Below, piece after piece: positions 12,144-25,794 of a stretch of DNA of 64,000 nucleotides (positions are counted from its first letter, which is position 1; the number at the start of each line of letters is the position of its first letter). This DNA is from Malacoraja senta (lineage: Eukaryota): positions 9,116,001 through 9,180,000 of the forward strand of contig CM075997.1 in the NCBI GenBank assembly GCA_038087875.1, written 5' to 3'. The position numbers and the translations under genes were made by a program. Under the pieces are notes generated by a model that saw only the letters and a list, made by a program, of their open reading frames with translations, was not told the DNA's origin and ran no database searches.

Positions 12144-14820
12144 ATTTAAAATAAAATACTTCCCCCTAGTCCCATCTACCTGCACTCAGACCATAACCCT
12201 CCATTCCTTGACAACACCTTGACAACAGTAGCCTCTTTATTATCAATGGTTGGGTAAGGTTCGATCCACATGCTGAATGCATTGAATATGACAAGTACAT
12301 ATCTATAACGCTGGCACATTTCAACTTCGATGTAATCCATCTGTAATGTCTCAAACGGATCATGGGCAACGCTGTCTTTCCATCTCCGCCACCTACTCCT
12401 TTCCCTGGATTGTACTTCTGGCAAATGAGGCAACTACTACTTTCTTTTTGAGCTAATGTTTGTAACCTTGGATGCCATCGTAGCCAATAGAGTGTCTCCT
12501 GCAATGCGTTGCATAGTGCATGCGCTCTATAACCCGTACCGCTAAAGAATCTGTCAGGCAAGTTTGCTCTGCCGGAGTGGTCCAGAGTCCTGTCAAAAAA
12601 TCTAGTGTACACCAAGTTGCTTCCATCGCTCTTTATCACTTTCAGTAGCCTCCTCCTGCAACTGAACAAACTTTTGGATGGTTGGCATCGGCTTCTCCGA
12701 GGAGGACCTGTTACTTAAACCTTTAGTTTGCCTCATCATCTTTGGTACCACCATCTTATGTTCCTGGGATACTTATTTTGCTGCCTGATCGGCACTACGC
12801 TTTCGAATGTCTGTTGGAGTCTGTCCACTTATGTGTGCACTACATTTTATAACTGAAATTTGTCTGGGTAGCATCAGGGCCTTTAACAAATCTGTCACCA
12901 ATTGTTTGTTTGATATTTGAGTCCCTGCCGAGGTAAGAAGTCCTCTATATCTCTGTAATTGTCCGAAATCATGCATTACTCAAAATGCATATCTAGAATC
13001 TGTATAAATGATTAACTAATGCAAATAATTCAGCCTGTTGTGCAGAATAATATGACTCAAAGGAAGCTGCTTCTACATTTTCCCCATCTTGATTAATAAT
13101 TCCATACGATTTCTCACCTCAGGGTCTCACATGCACTCCCATCTACGTACAGTGTCATATCACGGTCCTCTATAGGTGCGTCTCTCAAATCCTCCCTCAC
13201 TGATGTCTCCTCCTCGATTATAAACAGACAATCATGTCCCGCCTCTGATTGCTCCTCTGGGGTTGAAACAAGAAAAGATGCACGGTTAATGGTTGTACAA
13301 TGCCTAAACTGAAGCTTCGGGTTGTTAAAGTAAATTTCATATTTATTCTGACGAGCCAATGTTAAGTGCTGAGTCTGGAGTTGCCCCAACAAGGCTGCCA
13401 CTGAATGCGAACTATAAACTACCATCTCCAGCTGGAGGGTCAAATTTGCAGCAGACTGCAAACTATTATAATAGGCGATAAGAATTTGGGTGCATAGTGG
13501 GTGTCCCCTCGCTACAGGATCGCGTTTACTTGAATAATAGGCCACTGGACTATGCCTATCCCCATGTTTTTGCGTAAGGGCTGCTGTCGAACAGTCAGAG
13601 AGAATGGTGCAATAGAGTTGGAAGGGTCTGTCGTAAAGTGGTCTTCCCAATGCTGGAGCCTGCATAACGATTTATTTGTTCACAAAGGCCTCGTGTGCTT
13701 CCTAGGTTACTTGTAATTCACACTCTTTGCTTCTATAGGGTGTCAGCTCTTGAGTATCTACAGCTATGTTAAGGATCCAAGGTCTACAATGAATGACCAT
13801 ACCAAGCCATTGCCTCATTTGTTTTGCTTCTTTAGGAATCGGGAATTCACAAATTGGTTCGAGTCTGCTTTTCTCTAGACTCCTTTCTGTTGCCGAAATT
13901 TTACTTTCTCTGGGCCATCAGTACTTTCGCCTGGGAAACCACGTATCCCAAATTAGCTAGATGATTTGGTAATTGTGCAGTATCTTCGCGGTTACTTGAT
14001 TCCTCATTGCTGGCCACTAATAAGTCATCGACGTACTGCACTGTGATAGATCTCCTAAATTTAAAGTGCTCAATTGTTCTTGTAGGCATCTTGAAAATAA
14101 AGTTTGCGAATCGATGAATCCCTGAGGCAATCGGGTCCAGGTTTATTGCTGACCCCTAAATGTGAAAACAAACAAATATTGACAGTCCTTATGAAGACGC
14201 AAGGAAAATAATTCGTGTTGCAGATCGACTATCGAGAAAAATTGGCTTCAGCTGGGAATAAAGCTCAGATGTGAGCAGGTTTGGCACTAGTGCATGAAGC
14301 GGTTCTACAACTAAGTTGATTGTTCTTAAAACCTGGACCAATCTGTACTGGCCCTCCTTTCCTGGTTTCGGAACTACAAATGTCTTGATCCAGCAGCCCC
14401 CGAATTAATTTGTAAATGCTGTTAATGGCCTGTGGTTTCAACGGATACTGCTGTATAGAAGGCAGAGTTACCCCTTTCAGGAGAGCTACTTGGATGTGAT
14501 CGATGTGCACACATCCTACCTGAGCTGCGTCTTTTGCCCACACTTGTGGGTCCACATACCTCACTCTCCAGATGCTGGCGTAGCCGGGTAACATCTGTCC
14601 TTGGGGCCTGATAGAACTTAACAACATACTGGTTAGACAAATTTGCTTTTCGTACTTATTACGGTCTGCGATAGTAATTGCCCTTTTCACCATTGCTCCT
14701 AGATCTTTAGCACTTGCCGGGTAGTTAAATTTTCTGGTGATATGTGGAGCAACTTCTGAAGTTCTCTTCCATACGTTCACTGGAATCTCAGCGTATTCCG
14801 CAGCGCCCTCCTTTGGAAAC
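11400..14820 (-). pseudogene. pol: ERV pol (RT, RNase H, integrase), disrupted
   Basis: ORF pieces: IQQYPL, WTRLPQGF, QYVDDLLVAS, QAPALGRP..PFQLY, YVDGS, CLICQKYNP, LQMDYIE, GPYQVVL..WVHLHHCK; multiple stops and frameshifts. Confidence 0.9.
12020..12210 (-). mobile_element. Short CR1 3' fragment inserted in the ERV integrase
   Basis: (TATATGGT)n tail and GMEGYGLSAGRWD* C-terminus fused to integrase sequence. Confidence 0.9.
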
Positions 14821-15595
14821 AGAAACATAGAAATTAGGTGCAGGAAGAGGACATTCGGCCCTTCGAGCCAGCACCGCCATTCATTGTGATCGTCCCAAAA
14901 CAATAACCTGTGCCTGCCTTCTCCCCACATCCCTTGACTGCACTAGCCCCTAGAGCTCTATCTAACTCTGTTAACTCCATCCAGTGATTTGGCCCCCAAT
15001 GCCATCTGAGGCAAGGAATTCCACAAATTCACAATTCTCTGGTGAAAACGTTGTTTTCTCACCTCAGTCTTAAATGGCCTCCCCTTTATTGTAAGACTGT
15101 GGCTCCTGGTTCTGGACTCGCCCAACATTGGGAACATTTTTCCTGCATCTAGCTTGTCCAGTCCTTTTATAATTGTATATGTTTCTATAAGATCCCCCTC
15201 ATCCTTCTAAACTCCAATGAATACAAGCCTAGTCTTTTCAATCTTTCCCTATATGACAGTCCCGCCATCCCAGGGATCAATCTCGTGAAACTACGCTGCA
15301 CTGCCTCAATCACAAGGATGTCCTTTCTCAGATTAGGAGACCAAAACTGTACACAATACTCCCGATGTGGTCTTACCAGAGTCCTATACAACTGCTGAAG
15401 AACCTCTTTACTCCTAAACAGAAATCCTCTTGTTATGAAGGCCAATATTCCAGTTGCTTTCTTCACTGCCTGCTGTACCTGCACGCCAACTTTCAGTGAC
15501 TGGTGTGCAAGGATACCCAGGTCTCGCTGTACCGCCCCCTTACCTAACCTAATCCCATTGAGATAATAATCTGCCCCTTTGTTTTTGCCGCCAAC
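14821..15595 (-). mobile_element. CR1 3' fragment inserted in the ERV
   Basis: ORF 15185-15619 carries CR1 C-terminal motifs; 3'UTR and ttctatgt tail. Confidence 0.9.
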
Positions 15596-16008
15596 TAGTG
15601 CCAAAAATCTTAATTCCACTTAGTTCCCCCACAAGAAGGTTACTTCGTTTACCTTCCTAGATTCTTTGTATATTTCCCTTGGTTTTTGTTCCATTCTATC
15701 CTTCTCTGTCTCCTTGAAGGGCATTCCATGCTCCAGTGTCTTACATGGTTGCAATTGGAGCAAGCCCCTGAGGTTACTATGTTCTTTACTTTAAAATATT
15801 TCTCCCTCTAATTATGGGGCTGTTTATAATTCTTTCCTGATTCTGGACTATCTTTTCTTACTGCCTTCCTTGTACAGTCTTCAATTTTCACTATAATGGT
15901 ATACCCAATTCCTTCATTTTGATAAATTATTTTGCTGGGTCCTGGTGTAAGGGTCAGGTTATCTTGTTCATTGATTCTGGACTGGCTCGCTGATCAGGAC
16001 TGCGAAAA

Positions 16009-16701
16009 TAACCATATAACCATATAACCATTACAGCACGGAAACAGGCCATCTCTGCCCTTCAAGTCCGTGCCGAACATTTTTTTTTAATTTTTTTTTA
16101 ATAAATACTTCCCCCTAGTCCCATCTACCTGCACTCAGACCATAACCCTCCACTCCTTTCCCGTCCATATACCCATCCAAACTATTTTTAAAGGATAAAA
16201 TCGAACCAGCCTCCACCACTTCCACTGGAAGCTCATTCCACACAGCTACCACTCTCTGAGTAAAGAAGTTCCCCCTAATGTTACCCCTAAACTTCTGTTC
16301 CTTAATTCTCAAGTCATGTCCCCTTGTTTGAATTTTCCCTACTCTCAATGGAAAAAGCTTATCCACGTCAACTCTGTCTAACCCGCTCATAATTTTAAAG
16401 ACCTCTATCAAGGCCCCTCTTAACCTTCTGCACTCCAAAGAATAAAGACCTAACTTGTTCAACCTTTCTCTGTAACTTAGTTGCTGAAACCCAGGCAACA
16501 TTCTAGTAAATCTCCTCTGTACTCTCTCTATTTTGTTGACATCCTTCCTATAATTAGGCGACCAAAATTGTACTCCATACTCCAGAATTGGCCTCACCAA
16601 TGCCTTGTACAATTTTAACATTACATCCCAACTTCTATATTCAATGCTCTGATTTATAAAGGCCAGCACCCCAAAAGCTTTCTTTACCACCCTATCTACA
16701 T
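16009..16701 (-). mobile_element. CR1 3' fragment inserted after ERV gag
   Basis: ORF 16115-16690 is nearly identical to the C-terminus of ORF2 at 60180-63125; (TATATGGT)n tail. Confidence 0.95.
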
Positions 16702-18772
16702 GCTCAAATGGGTTAGTCTGTGAAAATTGTGTCTGTCTTCTTGGTCCCTGAACTCCCGGCCAGCTTACACTCTGTTCTCTCGGATCTCTCGGATCTATGA
16801 GACTTTATGTAATCCCTAGGATATCGAGAAATCCTGTAGTCTCTGGGATACCAACTGACCCTTTGATCCTGAGAGTCTCTTCTCTGACCCCTTCCTTCAA
16901 CACGTCCCTTGGTCGGACATGCTCTACTCCAATGCCCTGTCCCACCACAAGTATAGCACCGACCTGGTCCCAGTATTTTAGTATTTCTTCTCAAATTTGG
17001 TTTCGGGGAATCGGTCGAAGGCAGTTATATCATCGAAGCAATGCTCTGGATAGTCGGGAATCCTGATTTCTTTTGTTCCAGAATTTGCTGAATTTTTAGG
17101 ACTCCACTGTTCTGAGTCAGGTTTTGGCGCCTCCTTTCTAATTAAGTATTCAGTTTTTGGTTTTACTGCAGGCTGACCCTTCTGATGTTTTACATCTTTC
17201 TAGTGATATCTCACCGCCCGAGCCATCTGACTGGAACAATTTTCCGACCAGTCCATCTTATTGGTTTTAATTGATTCACCCACATTAGTTGGATTAATAG
17301 TCAACAATATTGCGCAGTGCTGAGGAGAATTTGCCCCATTCCGAAAATTCAGATCCCCTGACTGATCCATATATAACTCAGAAAATCTCTCTAAAAATAT
17401 ATCTCCATTTCTTTGCCCTCACATCCAGAATCTTAGAAATATATATCGGCTCTTGCACTATTGTCAGCGATCACATGAGCAAATGAGTTGGGTGACCTAG
17501 GATTGCTATGAATCTGGTATGTTCCGTTGGAGTGACTAGCTTTTGGATCACAGCCCATAAATCTCGGGAGTCTGCATAATACACACGCATTGTGGTTCTA
17601 AGGTAATCCTCAAGGAAGCAGGTGATTTCTTACGGTCGGGGATCTTGCTCAGTACTGCCATCATCTCATTGGGCTTCCGTGGGGTATATACTTCAATAGC
17701 TCGGGGACTGTTTGCACGGATCAGAAGCTGGATTAGGCATTTCCCTGACTGGGAACTGCCTACGGGATACTTGCGCTGCTCTCATGATATTAGCCGTATC
17801 GGGATGTCCTTCAATATCTCCCGCTACTGTCTCACTCTCCGATGTGTCTTCCTCATCACTAGGGGGATTATGGTACTTCTTAAAGGAACCACTCTGATCT
17901 CTCGCTACTCGTCTAATACGTCTAGACTTAGGCTCACAAAAGTATTCTGGGCGTTGAACTATGTCGCTAATAAGCTCTCCCTCCTTAAATACCGGAGCTA
18001 TCTTTTTCGTTTTACTCCTGGTACCGTGAGCTACACGACTACTTGCCAATAGTGTAGGGGTTGGAGTCAAAGAGTCCCATACCAGTATTGCTGCAGTTGT
18101 AAATCAGGGTTTGTTGTGGAATCTGCAGGTGATGTTAAAGGTGCTGCAGGCTTTGAGTGTCTGTTGTGTGCGCAAGCTGTACAATGCGTGGATGGAATAG
18201 GGGGAACGCAAGAGGAATAAGGTGGAGGCTGCGAACTTCTCCTAATTCTAACACTTTCCCAATCTTCCAAATAATCATTTTCTCCCCTTTCAAAGCCAAT
18301 GCCAACCACCGGGTCCTTAAATTCTAAATCTACTGGTGCCAGTTTCCCTTCAAATGATTTCTCTCTCTCCCACGCCTTATGCTCTCCAGTACATCCACGG
18401 CCCTTTCTCAAGGTACCTGGAGGTCGGTTCACTATATCATCTCTTAGTTCTATACCAAGCTTTTAAGCTGCTTCATGCCAATTCGCCATTCTCACGACCT
18501 CTCTATTCGCTTTCTGCTGTTCATAATACTTGTCTCCATAATCCTATCAATTCGTTAGCTACGTCACAATTGCAGCATTGCCAAATAATATTTCTATATA
18601 CTCCCTTCAATGTCCCGACCTCTCCCTCGGGCCATAAATCATCTCCTAATTTTCTATTCAACGCTCCTAAAAAAATCCTTAATCTCATAGCCTGTTGTTG
18701 AAACTCGCTGCACAATAATTGTGACGGACTTTCAGGGTCTTCAGTGTTATCTCGTGCAATCTGATTTCCCAT
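16702..18772 (-). pseudogene. gag: ERV gag (MA-CA-NC), disrupted
   Basis: Starts MGNQIARD (ATG at 18772); PPPY late-domain motif (ORF 18067-18432); CYTCGGTGHWSRAC knuckle at ~16920-16960. Confidence 0.8.
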
Positions 18773-20477
18773 TGTTGCCAGCAATGGACACAAACTCAAC
18801 AATTCACACACTTTCCCGACAATTCCCACTCCTCTCACAATCTTCTAGACTTAACTCGCTCCCAAACAATGTCCAAATTCCGCAGCGCGTCAGCAGTCTC
18901 GCACTTCTCACAGCATAATCGCACAATCAAATCATTTCAAGCGTGTACCCAAATCCCTTTGCACTCACACTTCTTCTCACAAACTTCCAATCCAGTAAAC
19001 AATCCCTAGTCGACAAACAAATGAAGGTGTTATAGCAGACAATCAAACACACTCTTCAGCAGCAAATCTCCTACACTTTAATCTCGGCTCAGACAAATGA
19101 GCTCCAAACACGCAAGCAAAATCGGACTTAGACAAGAAACTATACCACTAATTACTATCGTACAAAAACACACTCCAGTGTAAGATATAAGCATTCGTCT
19201 AATATCGCATTCGTTAACTGTACAGTCCCAAAAACAAATCACAGTATATTTTAACCCTTGTCGTGCTATTTTCAACCAACCGAACCCCTTCTTTAGACAC
19301 AGGAAACTTTCCCATCAAAGTACTCTTCCGCTGAGTGGTACTTTCCCATCGTTACTCTTTTCGATCAGGAATTCTTTCCTCGCACTAAGTGCTTAGACTT
19401 AGGGGTACTTTGCCCATCAAGGTACTCTTCGCCAACAAGTACTATTCCTCGTCCTCAGCCTTTTTCCTCCAACAGGTACTGGTCAACGGATCTAAAGGAT
19501 ACGAACCCTTGGTTGAACTGGCACGATTCGGACTCCAGTGATAATATAAGTCTAAATCACACTATGTCCATATACAGTCACGATTTGAACCACTATTACA
19601 ACAGTGCAACTAACACACAAAACTTTAAATCAAAGGCAATACACAGTAAATACAATAAAGCAACGGCAAGATTTTAAACACATTTCAAACTGGAAATCAG
19701 CAAATTTTAACAATTCCAAAAATATTTTTATTCAACAATCTAATATATACAATGTTATTCATGTACAATAGCCAGTGCCCTCAATATGAACGCCTGGATA
19801 TAGAAATACAAGATATCTATGCGATAGCCAGTCCTTCAATATGAAGCCCCGAATATGGTAAATTTGGAACGAAGAATTTAGACCTGTACTCTCTTTATTA
19901 CCTTATCCAATCGTGTCTTTAGCTTCCTTCCCACACAAATTCAAATTTTACAATAAACGTGTCTTTAGTTTTAATTCTCAATGTTGTTCCCAAGTATTTC
20001 TTCAGCCATTTATACTCCAACCACTGAGTCCCCAGTACCTATACGAAACCCCTCCCTTTTCCAAAGTTCCAGGTACCACTCACACAGGCGGGGTCTCAAA
20101 CCCCATAGCGCGTGTCTGTTTCACGTTGGAATTCGATGCCGATTTATAAAGTGCCTTTCCAATCGCACCCTCAGCCACGACGCAGTACTTTCCCTCTTAG
20201 TACTGAAACCAACTCAGTACCGTCTCTTAATATACCCCAGCCAATTTGGATATCCCAGTCCGAGAAGGGATTCAAAACCCACAACAACCATTTTGGTACC
20301 AGGCCTTGTGAGGCTAACTCTCACCACACCCTAAGGCTAGGACTTCCTCTCCTCTACCCTCTGTGCTTGCTAGCCTACTGTTCTTTAGATCTCATTGGGA
20401 ACCCCAACACAATCGATTCGTTCCGATCAGCGAAACGGGGAAAACCGATGCCAAAACTGTAACGTGGCGCCGATTTA

Positions 20478-23400
20478 ACCATATAACCATATAACCATAT
20501 AACCATTACAGCACGGAAACAGGCCATCTCGGCCCTTCAAGTCCGTGCCGAACACTTTTTTCCCCTTCTTTCTTCTTACTTCCCCCTAGTCCCATCTACC
20601 TGCACTGAGACCATATCCCTCCATTCCTTTCCCGTCCATATACCCAACCAATCTATTTTTAAAGGATAAAATCGAACCTGCCTCCACCACTTCCACTGGA
20701 AGCTCATTCCACACAGCTACCACTCTCTGAGTAAAGAAGTTCCCCCTAATGTTACCCCTAAACTTCTGTCCCTTAATTCTCAAGTCATGTCCCCTTGTTT
20801 GAATCTTCCCTACTCTCAATGGGAAAAACTTATCCACATCAACTCTGTCTAACCCGCTCATAATTTTAAAGACCTCTATCAAGTCCCCTCTTATCCTTCT
20901 GCGCTCCAAAGAATAAATACCTAACTTGTTCAACCTTTCTCTGTAACTTAGTTGCTGAAACCCAGGCAACATTCTGGTAAATCTCCTCTGTACTCTCTCT
21001 ATTTTGTTGACATCCTTCCTATAATTAAGCGACCAAAATTGTACTCCATACTCCAGAATTGGCCTCACCAATGCCTTGTACAATTTTAACATTACATCCC
21101 AACTTCTATATTCAATGCTCTGATTTATAAAGGCCAGCACACCAAAAGCTTTTATACCACCCTATCTACATGAGATTCCACCTTCAGGGAACTATGCACA
21201 GTTATTCCTAGATCTCTCTGATCAACTGCATTCCTCAATTCGCTACCATTTACCATGTACGTCCTATTTTGATTTGTCCTGCCGAGATGTAGCACCTCAC
21301 ATTTATCAGCATTAAACTCCATCTGCCATCTTTAAGCCCACTCTTCCAAATGGCCTAAATCCCTCTGTAGACTTTGAAAATCTACTTCATTATCCACAAC
21401 ACCACCTATCTTAGTATCATCTGCATACTTACTAATCCAATTTTCCACACCATCATCCAGATCATTGATGTACATGACAAACAACAGTGGACCCAACACA
21501 TACCGCTGAGGCACCCCACTAGTCACCGGCCTCCAACCTGACAAACAGCCATCCACCATTACTCTCTGGCATCTCCCATTCAGCCACTAATGAATCCATC
21601 TTGCTACTCCACCATTAATACCCAACAATTGAATCTTCTTAACCAACCTTCCATGAGGAACCTTGTCAAAGGCCTTACTGAAGTCCATAGAGACAACATC
21701 CACTGCTTTACCCTCATCAATTTCCCTAGTAACCTCTTCGACAAATTCAAGAAGATTTGTCAAACATGACCTTCCAGGCACAAATCCATGTTGACTGTTC
21801 CTAATCAGACCCTGCATATCCAGATGCTTATATATATTATCTCTAAGTATCCTTTCCATTAATTTTCCCACCACTGACGTCAAACTAACAGGTCTATAAT
21901 TGCTAGGTTTACTCTTAGAACCCTTTTAAACAACGGAAAAACATGCGCAGTACGCCAATCCTCGTTCCCGTTTCTAATGACATTTGAAATATTTCTGTCA
22001 TAGCCCCTGCTATTTCTACACTAACTTCCCTCAATGTCCTAGGGAATATCTTGTCAGGACCTGGAGACTTATCCGTTTTCATATTTTCCAAAAGTGCCCG
22101 CACCTCCTCTTCTTTGAATCTCGTAGATTCCATTGCTACTCTGCTTGTTGCCCTTACCTCACATAATTCCATATCCTTCTCCTTGGTGAATACCGAAGAA
22201 AATAAATTGTTCAATATCTCCCCCATCTCTTTTGGCTCTGCAGATAGCTGTCCACTCTGACTCTCTAATGGACCAATTTTATTCCTTGTTATCCTTTTGC
22301 TATTAATATAACTGTAGAAACCCTTTGGATTTACTTTCACCTGACTTGCCAACGCAACCTCATATCTTCTTTTAGCTTTTCTAATTTATTTCTTAATATT
22401 CTTTTTACATTCTTTATACTCCTCAAGCACCTCATTTACTCCATGCTGCCTATAATTATTGTAGATCTCTCTCTTTTTCCGAACCAATTGTCCAATTTCC
22501 CGTGAAAACCATGGCTCTTTCCAATTATTACTATTTCCTTTCAACCGAACAGGGACATGAAGATTCTGTACTCTTAAAATACCATCTTTAAATGTCCTCC
22601 ATTTCTCTTCTACATCCTTCCCATAAAACACCATGTCCCAATTCACACCTTTTAAATCCTTTCGCATCTCCTCAAAGTTAGCCTTTCTCCAATCAAAAAT
22701 CTCAACCCTAGGTCCAGTTCTGACCCGCTCCATAATTATATTGGTATTGTGATCACTGGACCCGAAGTGCTCCCCAACGCATACCTCCGCCACCTGCCCT
22801 GTCTCATTTCCTAACAGGAGATCCAGCACTGCCCCTTCTCTAGTAGGTACCTCTATCTATTGCTGCAAAAAACTATCCTGCACACACTTTACAAACTCCA
22901 AACCATCCGGCCCTTTTACAGAAGGTGTTTCCCAATCTATGTGTGGAAAATTGAAATCTCCCACAATCACTACCTTGTGCTTACTACTAATATCTGCTAT
23001 CTCCTTACATATCTGCTCTTCCAATTCTCGCTCCCCATTTGGCGGTCTATAATACACCCCTATAAGTGTTGTTACACCTTTCCCATTTCTCAGTTCCACC
23101 CAAATAGCCTCCCTCGACGAGCCCTCTAATCTATCCTGCCAAAGCACAGCTGTAATATCTTCCTTGACAAGCAATGCAACACGCCCACCTCTTGCCCCTC
23201 CAATTCTATCACCCCTGAAGCAACGAAATCCTGGAATATTGAGTTTCCAATCACAGCCCTCCTGCAACCATGTTTCACTGATCGCCACAACATCATACTT
23301 CCATGTGTCAATCCAGGCTCTAAGCTCATCCACCTTTCTTACAATGCTCCTAGCATTAAAATATACACATTTAAGAAACCCACCACCACTTAATCCCTGT

Positions 23401-24670
23401 TTATTTTATTTTTCTTCTTTCTCCCCTACATTTTGGGTCCGAGTGCTTCCCTTCTCTGCCTCCTGCCTCCCACATTTTCCACTAGCTTTCTCTATTTGAG
23501 TCCCTCCCCCCAACCGTTCTAGTTTAAACTCTCCCCAGTAGCCTTTGCAAATCTCCCCGCCATGATATTGGTCCCCCTCGGGTTCAAGTGCAATCCGTCC
23601 CTTCTGTGCAGGTCACACCTTCCCCAAAAGAGGTCCCAATGATCCAGAAATTTGAATCCCTGCCCGCTGCACCAGTTCCTTTGCCACGCTTTATCCTCCA
23701 CCTCATTCCATTCCTACTCTCACTGTGCGTGGCACAGGTAGTAATCCTGAGATTGTTACCTTTGCGGTCCTTCTCCTTAACTCTCCTCCCAACTCTCTAA
23801 ATCCTCCTTTCAGGACCTCTTCTCTTTTTCTGCCTATGTCATTGGTACCTGTATGTACCACAACCTCATGCTCCTCTCCCTCCGATTTCAGGATATCTTG
23901 GACGCGTTCAGACACATCCCTGACCCTGGCACCAGGGAGGCAAACTACCATCCGGGTCTCCTGACTGCGTCCACAGAATCGCCTATCCAACCCCCTAACC
24001 ATTGAGTCCCCTATTACTATTGCCCTCCTCTTCTTTTCCCTACCCTTCTGAGCAATAGGGCCGGCCTCTGTGCCGGAGGCCCGGCCGCTGTCGCTACCCG
24101 CAGGAAGGCTGTCTCCCCCCAACAGTGCTCAAACACGAGTACTTATTTTCAAGGTGTACAGCCACCGGGGTACTCACTAGTCCCTGCCTCTGCCCCTTGC
24201 CCTTCCTAACCGTGACCCACTTGTCTGCCTCCCGTGATCTTGGAGTGGCCACCTCCCTATATCTCCTTTCTATGACCTCCTCACTCTCCCTGGTCAGACA
24301 GAGGTCATCGAGCTGCTGCTCCAGGTTCCTAACACGGTCCCTTAGGAACCCCAGCTCGACGCACCTTTCACAGATGTGGACGTCTGGAGGGGTATCAGAC
24401 TCCATGACCTCCCACATCTGACATCCAGAACAGTAAACTGCCCTGGCCCTCATTCTCCCCCCTTACCCTGGATACAATACAAACTGGTGCAGGAAATCAG
24501 CAGGGATCTGACTACCAATCAGCTGCTTCCTCTTAGTCCTCTTCCACCAATCAGCTGCTTCCTCTTAGTCCTCTTCCACCAATCAGCGGCTTCCTCACAT
24601 AGGAAACTTGAATGGAACGTTGCAGTTTTTGGTTCCTCCTGCAACGGTCCCTGGACCTCTGGAAAGTAAA
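20478..24670 (-). mobile_element. Full-length but mutated CR1 LINE inserted in the ERV leader
   Basis: 5'UTR with 32-bp CCAAT-containing tandem repeat (24513-24597), ORF1 from MRARAVYCSGCQ with GDSM esterase motif, fragmented ORF2, (TATATGGT)n tail. Confidence 0.95.
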
Positions 24671-24769
24671 GCCCCGCGCTGTTTAACTACTCCCCTCGCA
24701 ATTTATCCCCACGCAATCTGAAACGACTCAACTCCTTGAACACAACCTTATTTCTAGGGTTCCGTTGAG

Positions 24770-24787
24770 ATCCCGGACGAGCTCCCA
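24770..24787 (-). promoter_or_regulatory. ERV primer-binding site, tRNA-Pro
   Basis: Minus strand TGGGAGCTCGTCCGGGAT, 17/18 identical to the canonical PBS-Pro TGGGGGCTCGTCCGGGAT, 1 nt from the LTR. Confidence 0.92.
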
Positions 24788-24788
24788 A

Positions 24789-25375
24789 TGTAATTATGTT
24801 CCTACAGCTTACCCCCTAGTCTAGTCCAGTAAAACACTGTCAAGCACTGGATCAACTAATTCTTTATTCTACCCAAACACAAACGAACTTCCTATACTAT
24901 ACCTAACCACATCGCGGGTCTGATCCTTGTCTCTACTCGTCCAAGCCCTCCAGCCTCGTGCGAGCAGACACCTTCAGCAAGCCAGCACGGTCCCAAGTGC
25001 TATCCCAGAAGATCGGCTCTGATCCACTCTTTTTTAGGGCTTCGGTCCTGTGGCGCGAAACTATATGGGGGGGGGGGGCATTCCCTACAAGCCAATCACA
25101 AATATCGTACATATTATACAGTTATTGACAATTCCATAACCCAATCACAAACTATCCCATTACATTGTTTCCATAGAAGCTTCTAGATAGAAGACAGTAA
25201 AGAAACATTTTGCCAGGCAATATTAAAAAATTGAAGAAGGATTCATACTTTAACCAATCACAAGATAACAGCACAAACACTAATTAACAATACTTGACAA
25301 CATCCCATCGTATCACCAATCCTTATCATGCATTTGCAAACCTGCTCGGTTCTTCTGCTAAACAATTATATTACA
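24789..25375 (-). repeat. ERV 5' LTR (~587 bp)
   Basis: TGTAAT...ATTACA inverted termini; aligns with 10409-~10960; adjacent to the PBS. Confidence 0.85.
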
Positions 25376-25794
25376 ACGTGTCGAGTGCTTAAACAAATGT
25401 GGGAATCATTGCGCCTCTGGAAATCTCTTAATGTTCCTGGTCCAATGATCCAACTTTCCCTCTCCCTTTTTTCCCGCAGTTTGTTCCTGTTGAAGTTTTA
25501 TTGTATACTAGACTAAGCGCGAACCGTTGGGTACCATGTTCACACGGGAGGGCTGGTCCCACAACGCAATATTCCACCTCTCCACCAATTCCAATATTGG
25601 TGGCCAGTGGGGGGGGAGCTTTCTCGAGCGCTAGTATGGGTGTTGTGGGCTGAAGAGACTGCTTTCCAGTGGACTAGTATGGACATTGTGAGCCAAATGG
25701 ATTATTGGGGTGGCAGCTCAGTCACTCAAGCCTAATGTGCTGGCAGCTCACTCACGGCTGGTGGGCTGGCAGTTGACTCAAGGCTATTCCTTGG

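Larger units (their letters stand above)
10409..25375 (-). mobile_element. Endogenous retrovirus, class I (epsilon/gamma-like), env-deleted, carrying four CR1 insertions
   Basis: Two related LTRs, PBS-Pro, PPT, gag with myristoylation-type start and CCHC knuckle, RT QYVDDLL, RNase H YVDGS/YTDSRYAF, integrase LQMDYIE and a C-terminal GPY module. Confidence 0.92.

Noticed and set aside
15946..15993. Plus-strand VILFIDSGLAR resembling an aspartic protease active site
   Set aside because: It is on the opposite strand to the ERV and followed immediately by a stop, while the minus strand is open through it; probably coincidence.
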